64,000 nucleotides of DNA, taken from assembly GCA_030704615.1 (NCBI GenBank), contig CM060733.1, positions 8,432,001 to 8,496,000 on the forward strand, read 5' to 3'. The notes below the pieces were generated by a model, which searched no databases, was not told the DNA's origin, and worked only from the letters and a program-made list of their open reading frames with translations. Made by a program: the position numbers and the translations under genes. How positions within the stretch are numbered: the first letter of the stretch is position 1; each line of letters begins with the position of its first letter. Shown here piece after piece: positions 1 through 12,929 of this stretch. This stretch comes from Takakia lepidozioides. Its lineage: Eukaryota; Plantae; Bryophyta.

Positions 1-330
1 ATATTGCGGTTCAAAGCCTTACAATAGCTCCAGAAAGGCATCCTGCAGGGAGTACGCCCTTAATGTATTATGGCCAAGGGTTACAGCTGGTGGCATATCC
101 TTTGTCTTCATTTCTGATGTGTGTGTGCCTGGCCCCAGCCCGAGAGCATGTATGAATCAATTGCTGAATGTCCAAGCAAAGCATTCTTATCAGAGAGACA
201 AATTTGGGATGAGGCACATGCACTTATCACACATAAAGAGAATCCTTTGAAGGAGCAGGAGCTGATGCCCAAAGTGGTAGGCCAAGAAGAGGAGGAAGCT
301 CCTATGTCAGTGACAAAGAAAAGAAAGCGT

Positions 331-432
331 ATGCTTGCATCCACTCCTGTTGATTCTGGTGGCCGCCGAATCCGACCTCGCCCTCTTGACACCAACCAAC
401 CCATTCATGTGTTTGTCGAAGGTCGTGATAAG
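331..432 (+). pseudogene. Possible exon fragment resembling the Enhancer-of-Polycomb N-terminal motif
   Basis: Translates ...RRIRPRPLDTNQPIHVFVEGRDK, similar to the plant EPC start (FRPRPLDIHKKLPI). It ends at an AAG|GTGAG donor at 432/433. The intron-like sequence then runs into PPR sequence at about 490. Confidence 0.3.
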
Positions 433-489
433 GTGAGAACCTCTCTCTCCTCTGTGATGTGGGTTTCTTGTTGTTCTACTTTGTCCCAT

Positions 490-2283
490 GTGTGCATTGC
501 AATGCTTGTGCAAGCTTGGCAGCCCTTGAGAAGGGCAAAGAGGTGCATGGGGATATCATCAAAGCTGGAATTGTACCTAATGTCATTCTAAACACTGCCC
601 TGGCAGCTCTGGAAAGGGGGAAGGAGGTCCATGGTGACATCTTCAGAGCTGGAATTGTACCAAATGTCATTCTGAACAATACCCTAGTGGACATGTATGC
701 AAAATGTGGGTGCATCGAGGATGCAAAGGGAGTGTTCAACACTATGGCTGAACGAGATGGTGTCATGGAGTGCGATGCTTGCAGGGTATGCACAATAGGG
801 TCGTGGGATGGAAGCTTTGGAGACCTATGAGCAAATGATGGGGGAAGGGGTTCAGCCGGCCACATCACGTTTGTATGCATTGCAGGCCTGGCAGCCCTGG
901 AGAAGGGCAAAGAGGTGCATGGGGATATCATCAAAGCTGGAATTGTACCTAATGTCATTCGAAACACTACCCTAGCAGCTCTGGAAAAGGGGAAGGAGGT
1001 CCATGGTGACACCTTAAGAGCTGGAATTGTACCAAATGTCATTTTGAACAATACCCTAGTGGACATGTATGCAAAATGTGGGTGCATCGAGGATGCAAAG
1101 AGAGTGTTCAACACTATGGCTGAACGAGATGTGGTGTCGTGGAGTGCGATGCTTGCAAGGTATACACAGCAGGGATGTGGGATGGAGGCTTTGGAGACCT
1201 ATGAGCAAAAGATGGGGGAAGGGGTTCAGCCCGGCCACATCATGTTTGTGTGCATTGCAGGCCTGGCAGCCCTAATTTAAATCAGGCACCTCAACCATGA
1301 CCACAGCTTCTAAAAGAGGATCAAGAGAGGGAGTCCATAATGCCTCTTTTGGCTCTTCTAGGCATGTGAAGATGCTTTGTGAGGCAGGCATACTGAAAGA
1401 GGCTCTACAACCTTTAAACCAAGGAGCATTTCAGCAGATTCAGATATGTATGTCTGTCTCTTGCGTAAGTGCGTCAAGAAGCTGGAAAGCAGGTGCACAC
1501 TCACATTATCCAAAGTGGATTCACGCCAAGTGTTTTTCTCCTCAACACCCTTGTGAACATGTATGTTAAGTGCAGGAGCATCATGAATGCACACCGAGTG
1601 TTCAACGGAATGCCTCAACGAACTTTGATCACATTGAATATAATGTTGGCAGGATTTAACATGGGTGTGGTAGGAATGCTTTGGAGACCTATGAGCAAAT
1701 GTTGCGCGAAGGGCCGGTGAAGCCCAACCACATCACCTTTGTTGGTGTTTGCAATGCGTGTGCAAGCCTGGGAGCCCTGGAAAAAGGGAAAGAGGTCCAT
1801 GCTGACATCGTCAAAGCTGGAATTGTACCAGATGTCATCCTAAAACTGACAGGTTTGCCAAATGTGGGTGCATTCAGGATGCGAAGGGAGTATTCCACAC
1901 TCTGGCTGAACGAGATGTGGTGTCGTGGAACGCGATGCTTGCAGGGTATGCACAGCAAGGGTACGGGATGGAGGCTTTGGAGACCTATGATGGGGGCAGG
2001 GGTGAAGTGTAATCAGATCACGTTTGTGTGTGTTTGCAATGCTTGTGCAAGCCTGGCAGCCCTGGAAAAGGGCAAAGAGATCCATGGTGACATCATCAAA
2101 TCTGGAGTTGCACTTGATGTCATTCTGAACACTGCCCTGATGGACATGTATGCCAAATGTGGGTGCATTGAGGATGCAAAGGGAGTGTTCGACAGTATGG
2201 CTGAACGATATGTGGTGTCGTGGAGTGTGATGATTGCAGGGTATGCACAGCAAGGGCGCGGGATGGAGGCTTTGGAGACCTAG
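490..2283 (+). pseudogene. PLS-class PPR pseudogene cluster (frameshifted, internally duplicated L-S-P repeats)
   Basis: Repeated motifs CNACASLAALEKGKEVHGDIIKAG, NVILNNTLVDMYAKCGCIEDAKGVFNTM and DVVSWSAMLAGYAQQGRGMEALETYEQM in ORFs 459-830, 915-1280, 1469-1720 and 1681-2283, with several frameshifts and stops. Confidence 0.95.
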
Positions 2284-2714
2284 GGGCAAATGACGAGGAG
2301 AAGCTGTGGAATGAATACTTTTCTAACCCAGTCAATGGTGGGACAATCGAGGCGAACAAATTTCATGCTCCAGATTACCTATGATTCGTTGTGGAAGGAT
2401 AGGTACAAGAAACCTGCATGGATAGATGGTCAACTGGAAGCCGCAGCAGGAGCGACACAATTGATCAAATCAGGCACTGTTAATCAAGGCACCTTCTTCA
2501 ACACATTTCACCCTGTTTTCCCTCTTATCAGAATCGGCCCTCAATTTTCATTATGAATTCTGCAAGTTAGCTGGTTGAGTGAACCTTTGATAGTTTGGAG
2601 TGACTTTGACATGAAATTGCCAATGTGACAACAAGAAAGTATCCAAAAACAGGTAACAGAGACGAGAAGTTGTGGAACTTTTCTGACCCCAGTCAATGGT
2701 GGGACAGTCGAGGT

Positions 2715-2812
2715 TTTGGGCTGATGAGCTGCAGGGATGTCTCTCCATCTCGTGAAGAATCTTCGGGTGTGTGGTGACTGCCACACTGCCACCAAGTTTG
2801 TTTCGGAGTTGT
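2715..2812 (+). pseudogene. DYW deaminase domain fragment
   Basis: Hand translation gives FGLMS / GMSLHLVKNLRVCGDCHTATKFVSEL, containing the CxxC zinc motif of DYW domains. It is truncated on both sides. Confidence 0.9.
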
Positions 2813-3149
2813 TGGCCAAATGCAGTTGTAAGGAATATTGCACTCGATGGTTGTAAATAGAGTCCTTCATTCTAGTAGTACCAGAACTGTAGTAGTACTA
2901 AAAAACTTCTGTCCTTGTGTCGGTTTGCTTAATTTTTTCTCTGCATTAGACTTTGAGGCATCCGCAGGGATGCTTGTCCAATTTGGAATTTTGTAATATG
3001 ATTTGCAGGACTTGTACAAGCCCCGTTGGCCTTCCATTCTATTTTCCCAAAAATATAATGAAAAATTTAAATCAATTAATAATCTTAATTTTGTAATTTT
3101 GTAATTTGTTTTATTAAAATTAAAAACATTATTCAATTTAATTATTTTA

Positions 3150-3552
3150 AAAATGACGTGTCAAATTCGCAGTGGCGCACGTGTCCATCCGGCACCTCTC
3201 CATGTAGACATCGCTCTGCAGACATATAGTCATATGATCCCTACACGAATGCGTGACGTGTCGCTTTCGCAGTGGTGCACGAGTTCCACTGAAGCCTCTC
3301 CATGTAGGCAACGCTCAGCAGACAATGTAGTCATATAGTTAGTCATATGTAAGTTATAGAGTTGTGACTACATCACTCCTTCTGCATGACTCCAGGTGCC
3401 ACGCACGCAGTCACGGCTATGACTTGCAAAACGCAGTCCTAAAGACTAGTTGCTATCACGCCGTTTTTTTCACTTCAGGTAGTCATGAACGCATATAGGA
3501 CTGAAAAAATAGTCATATTTGCAGTCATAAAAACGCTCATCTATTGTAGTGT
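3150..3552. mobile_element. Probable CACTA element right terminus with subterminal repeats
   Basis: Ends ...CATCTATTGTAGTG at 3552 (reverse complement CACTACAATAG). It has many AGTCAT/ATGACT short repeats and a degenerate direct repeat at about 3153-3325. No matching left TIR was found. Confidence 0.45.
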
Positions 3553-4672
3553 AACTACCTCGTAGCGAGAGCATGGGGGAATGTAGCGCTCAGAGTTAGC
3601 TCCAAGTGGAGTGAAAGAGACAACTCAAAACGTCATTAATATCAGCCGGCAGCTGGGATGGGGATGCGAAGTTAAGGGGCTGAGGCGGCGATAACACGCA
3701 TGAAATGATGAATGAGACAGGGCAGGTATAGGATGAACCGTATGGGATGTTGAGGTTGTCACAAAAGATCAGCGAAAAAGGCTTAAATGGATTTACCCAA
3801 ATCATAGAAAACCATACAAACCATGTGTTTAAAGTTTGAACTCCATTCACTCCTAGGGAGGCCCTTCTCCCTTCCCCCCTTTGAACTGACACGGTCCTCT
3901 GCAGCCCCTTAAACATTATATTAATGTAATATACAAATATTTTATAAATCTTTAGTCTAACCTCCACCTCGGAGTCTATGGCTCCAACATTATAGTTAGT
4001 AAGGTGTCTATTAGATTAAGTATAGTACAGATTGAAAATAAAACTCAAAAATCTAGATTAGATTTAGTAACGTCTCGACACCGAGCAGTAGACAAACCTT
4101 ATGCTTTTCATATTTACGAGTTCGTGTAATTGTTAACGTCGACAATCAGTTTGCATCTTTTGCTTGGGGATTGGTATGGCGTGAGCACAAAAAACAACGT
4201 CGCGAGAGCATGATTCAATGTTATTGGGTGATATGTATGCCAGCGGAAATACATAGAATAGACAGACATATGATCTTTATGCGTTGATAGGGTCTACATA
4301 GTGTCTAAATATTATTTTAAACATATAAATGAGCTTGAAAAGAAGAAACCTTTAAAAAAATAAAAAAAAATCCCCATTTTGCGGACGAAACCAAAGTTTC
4401 GCTAGCAAACCCAAGATGCGTTTGCGTTTCGCTGGCGAAATCCATTTTTTTGGGTGGTTCTTGGGGATGTTCTACACAAAATATTTTACCAAATGCCACA
4501 TTGTTTACTCTCGTTGTCCTTTGAGTTATGACCGATATATTTGTAGGTCTTTGTGCTCACGTGAGTTAAGCTTTAAATGATTAATTTCATAAGTTTTTTC
4601 GCGTGAGCACGGTTTTCAGATTGTTTCATAATTTTTCTTCGTGTGAGCACATTTTGGTTTCGCTATCGCATA

Positions 4673-5035
4673 TGTCATGGTTTTAGTTATGGTTAACTAG
4701 AATTACCTACTTCTAGTTAACTAAGACATTTTGGATATTTATATGTGCCTGTGTTGGGACTTCATTTGGTCTCATATGCCAAGTGAGGTGTCAAGCCTCA
4801 CTTGGGACATGGGGATGGGTTTTCCCCTTGTGAGGGTTGAGGAGGGCTCATCTTCTTGTAGTTGAGCCTCAATGAGTCTCTCCCACCTCCATAGCTCTAG
4901 GTATTGAGAGGGAGTGTGGTGAGGGCTTTGTAGGGTGGATTCCTTTAGCAAAGGTGCCCTTGGCTTGACTTAGTTTATGTGATTGAGTGGATTCATGAGT
5001 GGAGTGTTTCCATTGTGTGTTCACTTCCATTCTCA
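4673..5035 (+). repeat. Terminal repeat A1 (about 363 bp)
   Basis: Near-identical to 14883-15248. Confidence 0.93.
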
Positions 5036-6545
5036 CTACAAGAAGATCACCTTATGCTTGTGAGTGCGGAGTGTAATGATTAGTTTTAACACTTGTGTTG
5101 GTGTACACCAAGGAGTGAGAGAGCTAGGAAAGCTCAAGTATCTCACAAGGTTTGCAAGGTATTGTAAGGAGGAGTGTTTTTGCATTGCATCAAAGAGGTG
5201 GAGAGCTCAAGGAGAGAGCTCTTGAGTTACAAGACTTTGCAGAGGTGGAGAGCTTAAGGAGAAAGCTCTTGTATCACAAAGCTTGCATGGTTTTGCAAGG
5301 TAAGTGCTTGTATGTGCACTAAGGGTTTGAGAGCTTGGAAAAGAGTTCTTGCATCACAAGCAAAGCGTCTTGTGTGCGGAGAAGATAGACACTAGGGTTG
5401 CAAGAGCAAGCTGTAGTACTTGTTCATGGTGTGAAAGAGAAGCCAAAGAGCGGCACATGCTTGGGTTGGAAACACCATAGAAGGAGTACAATAAGGGTAA
5501 CTTGAGGAGCATTGAGTAGATCAAGAGAAGCTAAGAAGTGGTTGTTCTATCCATGGTGAAATGAAGCCAAGTGGGGCTTCATTTGGTTGACAAACAAACA
5601 AGCGAAGGCGGCGCTAAAATGGAGTGCTTTTGCTAGTTCTATGAGTTCTGGGATTGCTCTTGGTGAAGCAAGTGATTGACCAAGCAAGTGGCGCATTGTG
5701 TGGAGTATGCTTTCCAAGGGGATTTGCTATTCTATCGGTTATCAACCATCGACCATCAGCCATCAGTGTGACGTGGATGCGGAAGCGGCGGCCACGTCTC
5801 AATTTATAATTTTTTCTCGGGCTGCCCGTAATTGTATGATTCCATTTGACAAGAACATTAATGAAAAATGATAAGGGATTGTTCTGACAAGCCACCTTTG
5901 GCTACCGAAGGTGGAGGCTGAGCGGGAGTACATAAAGGTAACAACGAAATAAATGGATGTCGAAAAAAAACAACAACATGAGATATGGGCTTCTAAGAAA
6001 TAAGCAGGACAAAGCTTTTGGGGCATAGGAGATAATTTGTAAGAGACCACCTTCAGATGACGAAGGTGGCTAAAAAATAGAAGGGTTGCAAAAAAGATAA
6101 CTTATACTCAAGGAAGATGGGGGCAGAAGATTAAGAAAGTGTAGACAATGTCACCTTTAGGAAATAAAGGTACGGCACATGATGTAGAAAAAGAGGATGG
6201 TGTACATCATAAAACCATATGATCCGATACGACGAAGGTGGAATGGGGTGCGAGGGAAAATCAATGGCCATAATAGGAGCCAATATTGCTTCATAATGAA
6301 ACGAGATATGAAAAGAAACCTCATTCTATAATAGCAATAAAAAATATACAAATACGCCGTGCACAAATTCACAATGCGCAAGTACTTTCTGCTCAAAAAA
6401 TACGTTCATAGGATGTTTTAGAGAAACAGAAAAATTGAAATACTCTTTAAGGGCCAAGTTGGAGGAGTCTGAGATAGCTAGGAAAACATCTGCCTCTATT
6501 CTTCTCCTGAGCAAAGTGATACTGCCGGTGAGAACTTCCCGGAAA

Positions 6546-9500
6546 TCATTTCTCTCTGCTGAGTAGGCTGGCCAATTCAGGCTCACTAAGTGTCGGATAA
6601 TGCATCAATGGGGTATAGTCAGATTGACCACCCAAGATGACAAGCATGACAAAAAATATGTGCTTGCAAGGAAGGTATCCTTCTCTGGCTCTCCTCTTAT
6701 GTTGATCAAAAGCTTCACATGTACAGGAGGGAGACATCATAAGTCAGTCCACGCTCAAAAGAATTTGGGGTATTGATTGTATAAACTCGACCCAATCCCT
6801 GACCAATGTCAAAAAATTTCAGCACGGTTGCTCCACAGGATGCAACTTTTGCAATATTCGCTTTAGCCTTTTTTGAGAGTGGTTCATATCTTTGAACTCT
6901 CCATCCATTGCATTCTTTGCAAGCTATGGAATTGGATGAATGGGGCCCACTAACAACTAATGGTTGTGTGGGTTTGTCCAGGCCTACATGAGACGTAGGA
7001 CGGATTGCAGAGGGTTTAGACATCCTCATACATGCAAAACCCTCGGGAACAAGACGGAATCCAGCAGATGTTAGTATGTCCATCTCAATCTGCGTTAAAT
7101 CGGTTCCCTTAGCAACCGGCCAAACCGAAGGAACGTTCCCAGGCTGGGCAACATTGTGCGACACACAAGGACCTGCGGCATGACTTACGTCATCTCCACA
7201 GAACCAAAACAACTTTTGAACCGCATGATTCATTACGGGAGGATGGTTCCAACCAAGGAAATTTGGAGCAGGAATTCCAGAAGTGGAACCTTTAGGAAGA
7301 ATTCTTCTCATGCAATGCCTTCCTTGCTTATCTGCACCACAATACTGTATAGCTGTTCGCCGGGTTGTACGTTCGATCTTCCATCTTTCTCGAGGATGAG
7401 TTGTTTCACGTATAAACTGTCCATGTTGCTTAGGAAGCTCTTGGACAAAAGAAAATATACATTTGGAAGGTGCGGAACTTGTAGATCCAAGATTCTTTTT
7501 TTCTGAAATAGCACCTCTCTTAGACTCAGACGTCGTGGAATCAGATTCGTCAATGAGGATTGGTTTGATCCTCATGGTCCCGGGCACAACATTTGAGTGT
7601 ATATCCTTCGCCGGCGAACCCGCGTGGAGTTACACTTCCGACATTTTCTATTTTGAGATTTATATCAGGCCTCCATGAGGAATTGGGATCCTGTGTCTTA
7701 CATATTCCCACTTTTATCCGTACTCTGCGGGTTCTTCTGTCTCCCTCCAAGTGGTCGCCATGGGTATGCAAAGGAGAACCGGCAATAATGCCCTTCAAAG
7801 AAGATCCCATTTTCTTCGCAGTTTTCGCCTTCAGAGCTTCCCTGCAAAGCAACTCAACAGCATCCGATCCTACACCAGCCTCCCATCCATTTTGAAGATT
7901 GATTTCCTCCCCAGTCTGCATCAAAGCCCATACAATGAATCTCTAGTGGTCTCAACCAAATCCTTCTTACTAGGACCGGAGCCTTTCTTCCATTTAGCAT
8001 GCACAGATTCAGCCATAGTCGTATTTGGTATTCCAGCAGCCGCATCTGGATCCATCCGCTACAACGTTCCCATCTCATTAGAATGGATCTTGAAAATTTA
8101 CCTAAATTGTCTACACATATACAGCAAATGCAATGTGGAAAATTTTGTTACATCTTCACTGATGCATGTTCAACAGCACTTGCGTGAGCTGATGTGAAGT
8201 CATCGCAATTTTACAAGTGCATTGTATCGGTGAAGGCAGGTGACTTATTCCTGATTTAATTTTCAGTCAAGAGGACCATATTGACGTGAGTATTCTACAA
8301 TATACAAGCCCAAGGTTACTTAAATTTTATGCATATTTGACTACCTTCGGCCAACGAAGGTATACCCAAAATCGTTCTCCAAATTTTATGCAAATTTGAC
8401 TACCTTCGTTCAACGAAGGTATACCCAAAATCGTTCTGAAAGATACCCACCGAAGGTGGGTAGTAGAGTGTACCAAATTGAGATTCTCAACAAATTATCG
8501 TGCCACAGCATACATTAGTCATTATCAAAAAAAAAATTAGAGAAAAAAACATAATCATAAATGGTGGAGAAGACGTACATAGCGCATAAAGTTCCCCCAC
8601 ATCCGATATCACACATGCCACCATGAAATCCAACTCTCCAGCGCGCTCGAGCAAATTTTTTTGGGACAATTTGCTTCATTCTCCCACCATGATGTTAGTT
8701 TGTCGTAAGCAACATCAGCTTGGCTCTCCGTAGTAGCATCTTTCCATGCTTTGCATAGAATAATATGTTGTTGTTGATGGCCGATCGGGATAAGTGTTTT
8801 CGTATGGGATTGAACTGATTGAGCCCAGTGAAATGCACATGACCGTTCTTTGCCCTCAAGTGGAATACCAGGGCCAACACCAAACACTGACCTGACAACT
8901 CTGAAATTGGCCATGGCGTTATCAGCCATGAATCCACAAAAATTTGCTTTGTCCATGCCCTTGGAGGCAAAGGACGTTGTTCATCATGTTCCACATTATC
9001 ATCTGACATTCCATGTCCTCGCCCTTCATTTCGCATATTGCAATGGTTTGAAGACTATGAGCATGTGGATTGTATACGTGGCAAGCCATGGTGGTCCAAC
9101 CGTTGGTCAATTTTTTGACATGGTCAAACATTACCCAACAATGGCCTAGATCACCTCCTCGCCGCATCCTGTTGATGAGATCCACCCCAGAGGCTGGGCC
9201 AGTGGTGGACATCTTGAATACATAGCAGTCGTCACTTGCAGAGCCCTGACCTGGGAATCGACTACCATGAATGTAGTCATATCCGCATAGTCGCTTCAGA
9301 GTCAACAATCCTTCCATTTCTCCGGCATGAAGTAATCCAGACTTGGCATTGTATACAAGATTTCGTACATTACTTGACTTGGTGAGGGAAGCAGCGACAT
9401 CTATTGCTCATTGGAGCTGAACATCTGTGAGTGTATTCTCTGGATTGGACTCATCTTTTGAACGTATAATGTCGAATAGTAGTTCTGTCCCACTTCTAGC

Positions 9501-10598
9501 TGGACAGAACTTGTGCCGCCACCATGATTCTTCACAACCTCTTCGCCCACTACAACTTTAATTTCATTTGCAATTCCTCTACATGGTGATGGACATGTGG
9601 AATGCGAATGGTGTCCACAGTGCACTGCTGCTTTAGAGGACATGACCCCCTTCATGGGAACAACGTACCACAGTTTTGCGCGACAAGCACCTGTGCATAT
9701 GGGGGGCAATTTGCAGTGCGCACATAGGAAAGTATCCTTTGGAGCATTCTGACCAACTCTGCAGGGATCCTTCGACTTTCCCACAAAATTGCTGGAATTC
9801 CGAGAGTTCACTCGCAACAGATGTGGGCACAAATCATTCTTGCATTCAAAAGCTCCTGCACAAACAACATATTGAAGGATGAACTCTGGCAAGGACACAC
9901 AGGATGTAGACTTTGTGTGCACAGGGGTGGCCATCGTGCTTCATGTCCATGCCAATCAAACCACCGCACTTATCTTTAGATTGGTCCTCATTGTATGGCA
10001 ACTCAAAGACAATGTCACCATCAAAATCTGATGGCAGGTACTCTACTACCTCGTGCCAAAATGCTGAAAAGTTATGTGAGGCTATCCCAAGACCTCGTGG
10101 CAAAGAAAGCAACCGTTGCATTATAGATGAAGGGACTGGTAAAGAGCATCGGCGGTCTTTGCTGTCTGTTGATAGAGGAAATTTTACGCTTTTTGTCCTA
10201 CTAGATTCTTCACCCCCAGAGGACAATAACACGGTTTGAACGTCATTGCCGTCCTGTTGAACTCTTGATTGTTGCAACCTACTTCCTCTCACAATGTAAT
10301 CCAAATTGTCAGCTGGATCCAAAATCCAAACCCTGAGTTCTCCATTCCGAATCTCGTTGTCCAACAAAACTGAGTCTATATCAGCAGGCTGTGGTCCAGT
10401 ACCTGATAGATTAGAAGCAATACCCTCAACATAAATGGAATTGCGTTTAAATCCAAATCGATCACATAAGAAAGCCTCGGCAACCTCACATAGTCCATTG
10501 CTCTTTGCAAGCACTTTCACTCTTGTACCTTTTGAGTAGGAAGAAGATACAATGGCAAAGAGTCTCAAGTGAACAAATTGCGTATGTGTATGTTCCAT
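6546..10598 (-). mobile_element. Mutator-like transposase pseudogene 1 (GCM/WRKY-like Zn domain, DDE core, SWIM)
   Basis: Zn domain HDGHP..CAGAFECKNDLC..CAHC..C..HCGHHSH (about 9600-9950). MULE core MFDHVKK and FMADNAMANF..VF..CAFHW (about 8800-9150). SWIM finger CTC...CKH (about 6650-6730). Frameshifts and introns are present. Confidence 0.8.
8320..8437. repeat. Two-copy tandem repeat (about 59 bp) containing the palindrome ACCTTCG-n4-CGAAGGT
   Basis: GACTACCTTCGGCCAACGAAGGTATACCCAAAATCGTTCT occurs twice. Related CGAAGGT motifs occur at about 5905, 6050, 6232, 8450, 10910 and 11000. Confidence 0.8.
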
Positions 10599-11725
10599 GG
10601 AGAGGTAGACGAAAGAAAATACATGCAGTACGCAGTATATGTGTGTATATATATATATAACAGAACATGAAGGAGATATTCAACACGATCAGCATCGAAT
10701 TGAATGCTAAATCTGTTAAATTCAGTTATTACTGTACTATCACTATTGAATGCATTCGTGTGACAATAATGAGAAGCACAAATGTGAAATTGTTTCTACG
10801 TGAGCTGATTTTTTGGAAAACCTGAAGAGGTTTCGGAGCTATTCAGAATTGGGTGGACAAGTTGTGATCTTATATAACCTTGGACAATCAACAAAGACAA
10901 ATTGATTGACCTTTGGAAAACGAAGGTTGGAAAGATATTATAATTTCAGAAGTTGTGTTTTTCAATTACCTGGACAATCATTAAGGAAAAAATTGATGGA
11001 CCTTTGGAAAACGAAGGTTAAAAAGATCTGTCATTTCTTCCGACTTGTTATGACATTTATCGTACATACATCTTCGTAGATACGTCATGCCATTTATGGT
11101 ACACAGACTACAAATCATACAACCTACTACTTGCCTACAATATCTGGGAATCCAGGAGCAAGGAAAGCAGTCTAATGTGGTTTTAGGGGAACTATTGACA
11201 ATGGGATGTATCAAGGTATACGTTCTGAATAAACATACATATGCAAATGGAAATGTATATCCACTGATCCAAGTTCATCTTATATGCACCTAATGATGAT
11301 GAAGGTGAAGACCAAGATAGTCCTACTGAGATTTTAATTTCCGATTCGTCCGACACGGAGGCACATCCTTCAAACGGAGGTTCCGCTGGGTGGTTCAAAT
11401 TGCGGAAATGAACGCACATTCGACATTGAGAATCAAGAGATAAATAGAAACTCGTCAAAAATACGGGCTCCGGTGCAATTATTGTCGATGACGGTGGTTA
11501 GGTTAGCCTTAAATAAATATCAATATAAAATATTATTTTTGGTCGGGTTGGGCACCGGACCTAAAGCTTTGATGAAGGTTTGGGATTTCCCTTTGGTTAG
11601 TGTATATATATCCCATTGTACAAGAGTCTCTCATCTCATTTCTTCTTCCCATCCTTCTTTCTCTACATCCTTCACAGTCTCGTTGTCGTCCATTAAGCTT
11701 TAGAATCCTGTCTATCAGTTTCTGT

Positions 11726-12740
11726 ATGGGGTCAGTAACCACCTCGTCATCTCCCGTCGCAGTAGATGGCAAGACTTATGTTGGGGCACTGAAGGAGGAT
11801 GCCCTGACTTTGAGAACTAGTATCAATTCTACCACCACCAGAATTCGTAGAGCTTGTTTTGCACAGAGTTGTGGACTGGCAAACCGCCACAAAGAGGAAG
11901 AAGCCGAAAGCATGGCCTGGTAGTGACATTCCGACACTTTTGTGCAGCTTCAACCCAAGGAGCAAGTGCAGGGTAAGTCTGCACTGTTGGAGCATGAGGC
12001 TTCAACGCTCAAATCAATGCAACCAAGTCTCATGAAAGAACTGGCCACACGAGACCGTCAAATCAAAGAATTGGAGGAGCTCGTTGAAAAGCAGAGGAAA
12101 CAAATGTTGGACTTGCAAATGAAAGTGGAATCAACTTGTCTTTCGTCGATGTTCATAATTGTACCGCACCAGTCATCCATAGAACCGCCAACTATAAACA
12201 GATGCATACTGAAGGGAGCCAAGGGGTAGGAGAAATGGTCATGGCAGATTCCGAAGCCGGGCCGATACCGGGTATATGGAATACACTGTGCCAAAGCCTT
12301 CGGAAGGATCCAGCAAGAGGTGGAGCGTTTTTGTAAACCTGACAACAACAAGGACTATTATGGGGAGTTGATCGAACTCATCTACAAGTACAAAAACCTA
12401 GTCGTGGATGTTGAAGGTCTCTGTGTCCAGCTGCATGCCTTGGACAAGGAGATTTGGGAGGCGGACAACGGACGTGCCGCACAGATTGGTCCTCGTGAGA
12501 TGGACTTCATTCAATATCAAAGGGAGCTCATTCTCCAGTTTCGTGCAGAGAACAAGCTTTTGGACTCCCAGGGACAGAGGAAGTCTAATGCTGCTACAGA
12601 GCACGAGCGGCAGGCCCTTGCTTACGAACACATGTTACAGCAGGACAATCTTATTGGGTATCACAATGTTGTGCGAATGAGGGCAGATGAGGAAAGAGGA
12701 ATTGCAAGAGCGCACAGAGTAGATTCATTGAGGGTTAATG
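11726..12740 (+). pseudogene. Degraded coiled-coil ORF(s) of unknown function, divergent from MULE 1
   Basis: Consecutive ORFs include LMKELATRDRQIKELEELVEKQRKQMLDLQ and a second helical ORF from 12320. A TATATA and CT-rich leader lies at about 11600-11670. Confidence 0.3.
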
Positions 12741-12929
12741 TCTCAGCACTAGTTGGGTGCACGGCAGTGGTTGTGCAGAAAAACTGGACCGACGTGGCGG
12801 CGACTTCCCGACGTCGCAATTTGTCCCCGGCGCACCTCGGGCGTTGTAGTGTATTTCCGTCGCTAGGCGCTGCGTTTGGAGGTCGCTGAGGCATCGCTAA
12901 CCCCCCCCCAAAAAAAAAATGTAGTAGTG

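Noticed and set aside
5034-12929. CACTA element from CACTACAAG (5034) to GTAGTAGTG (12929)
   Set aside because: The TIRs match only briefly, there is no 3-bp TSD and no CACTA transposase. The left motif overlaps the end of repeat A1.
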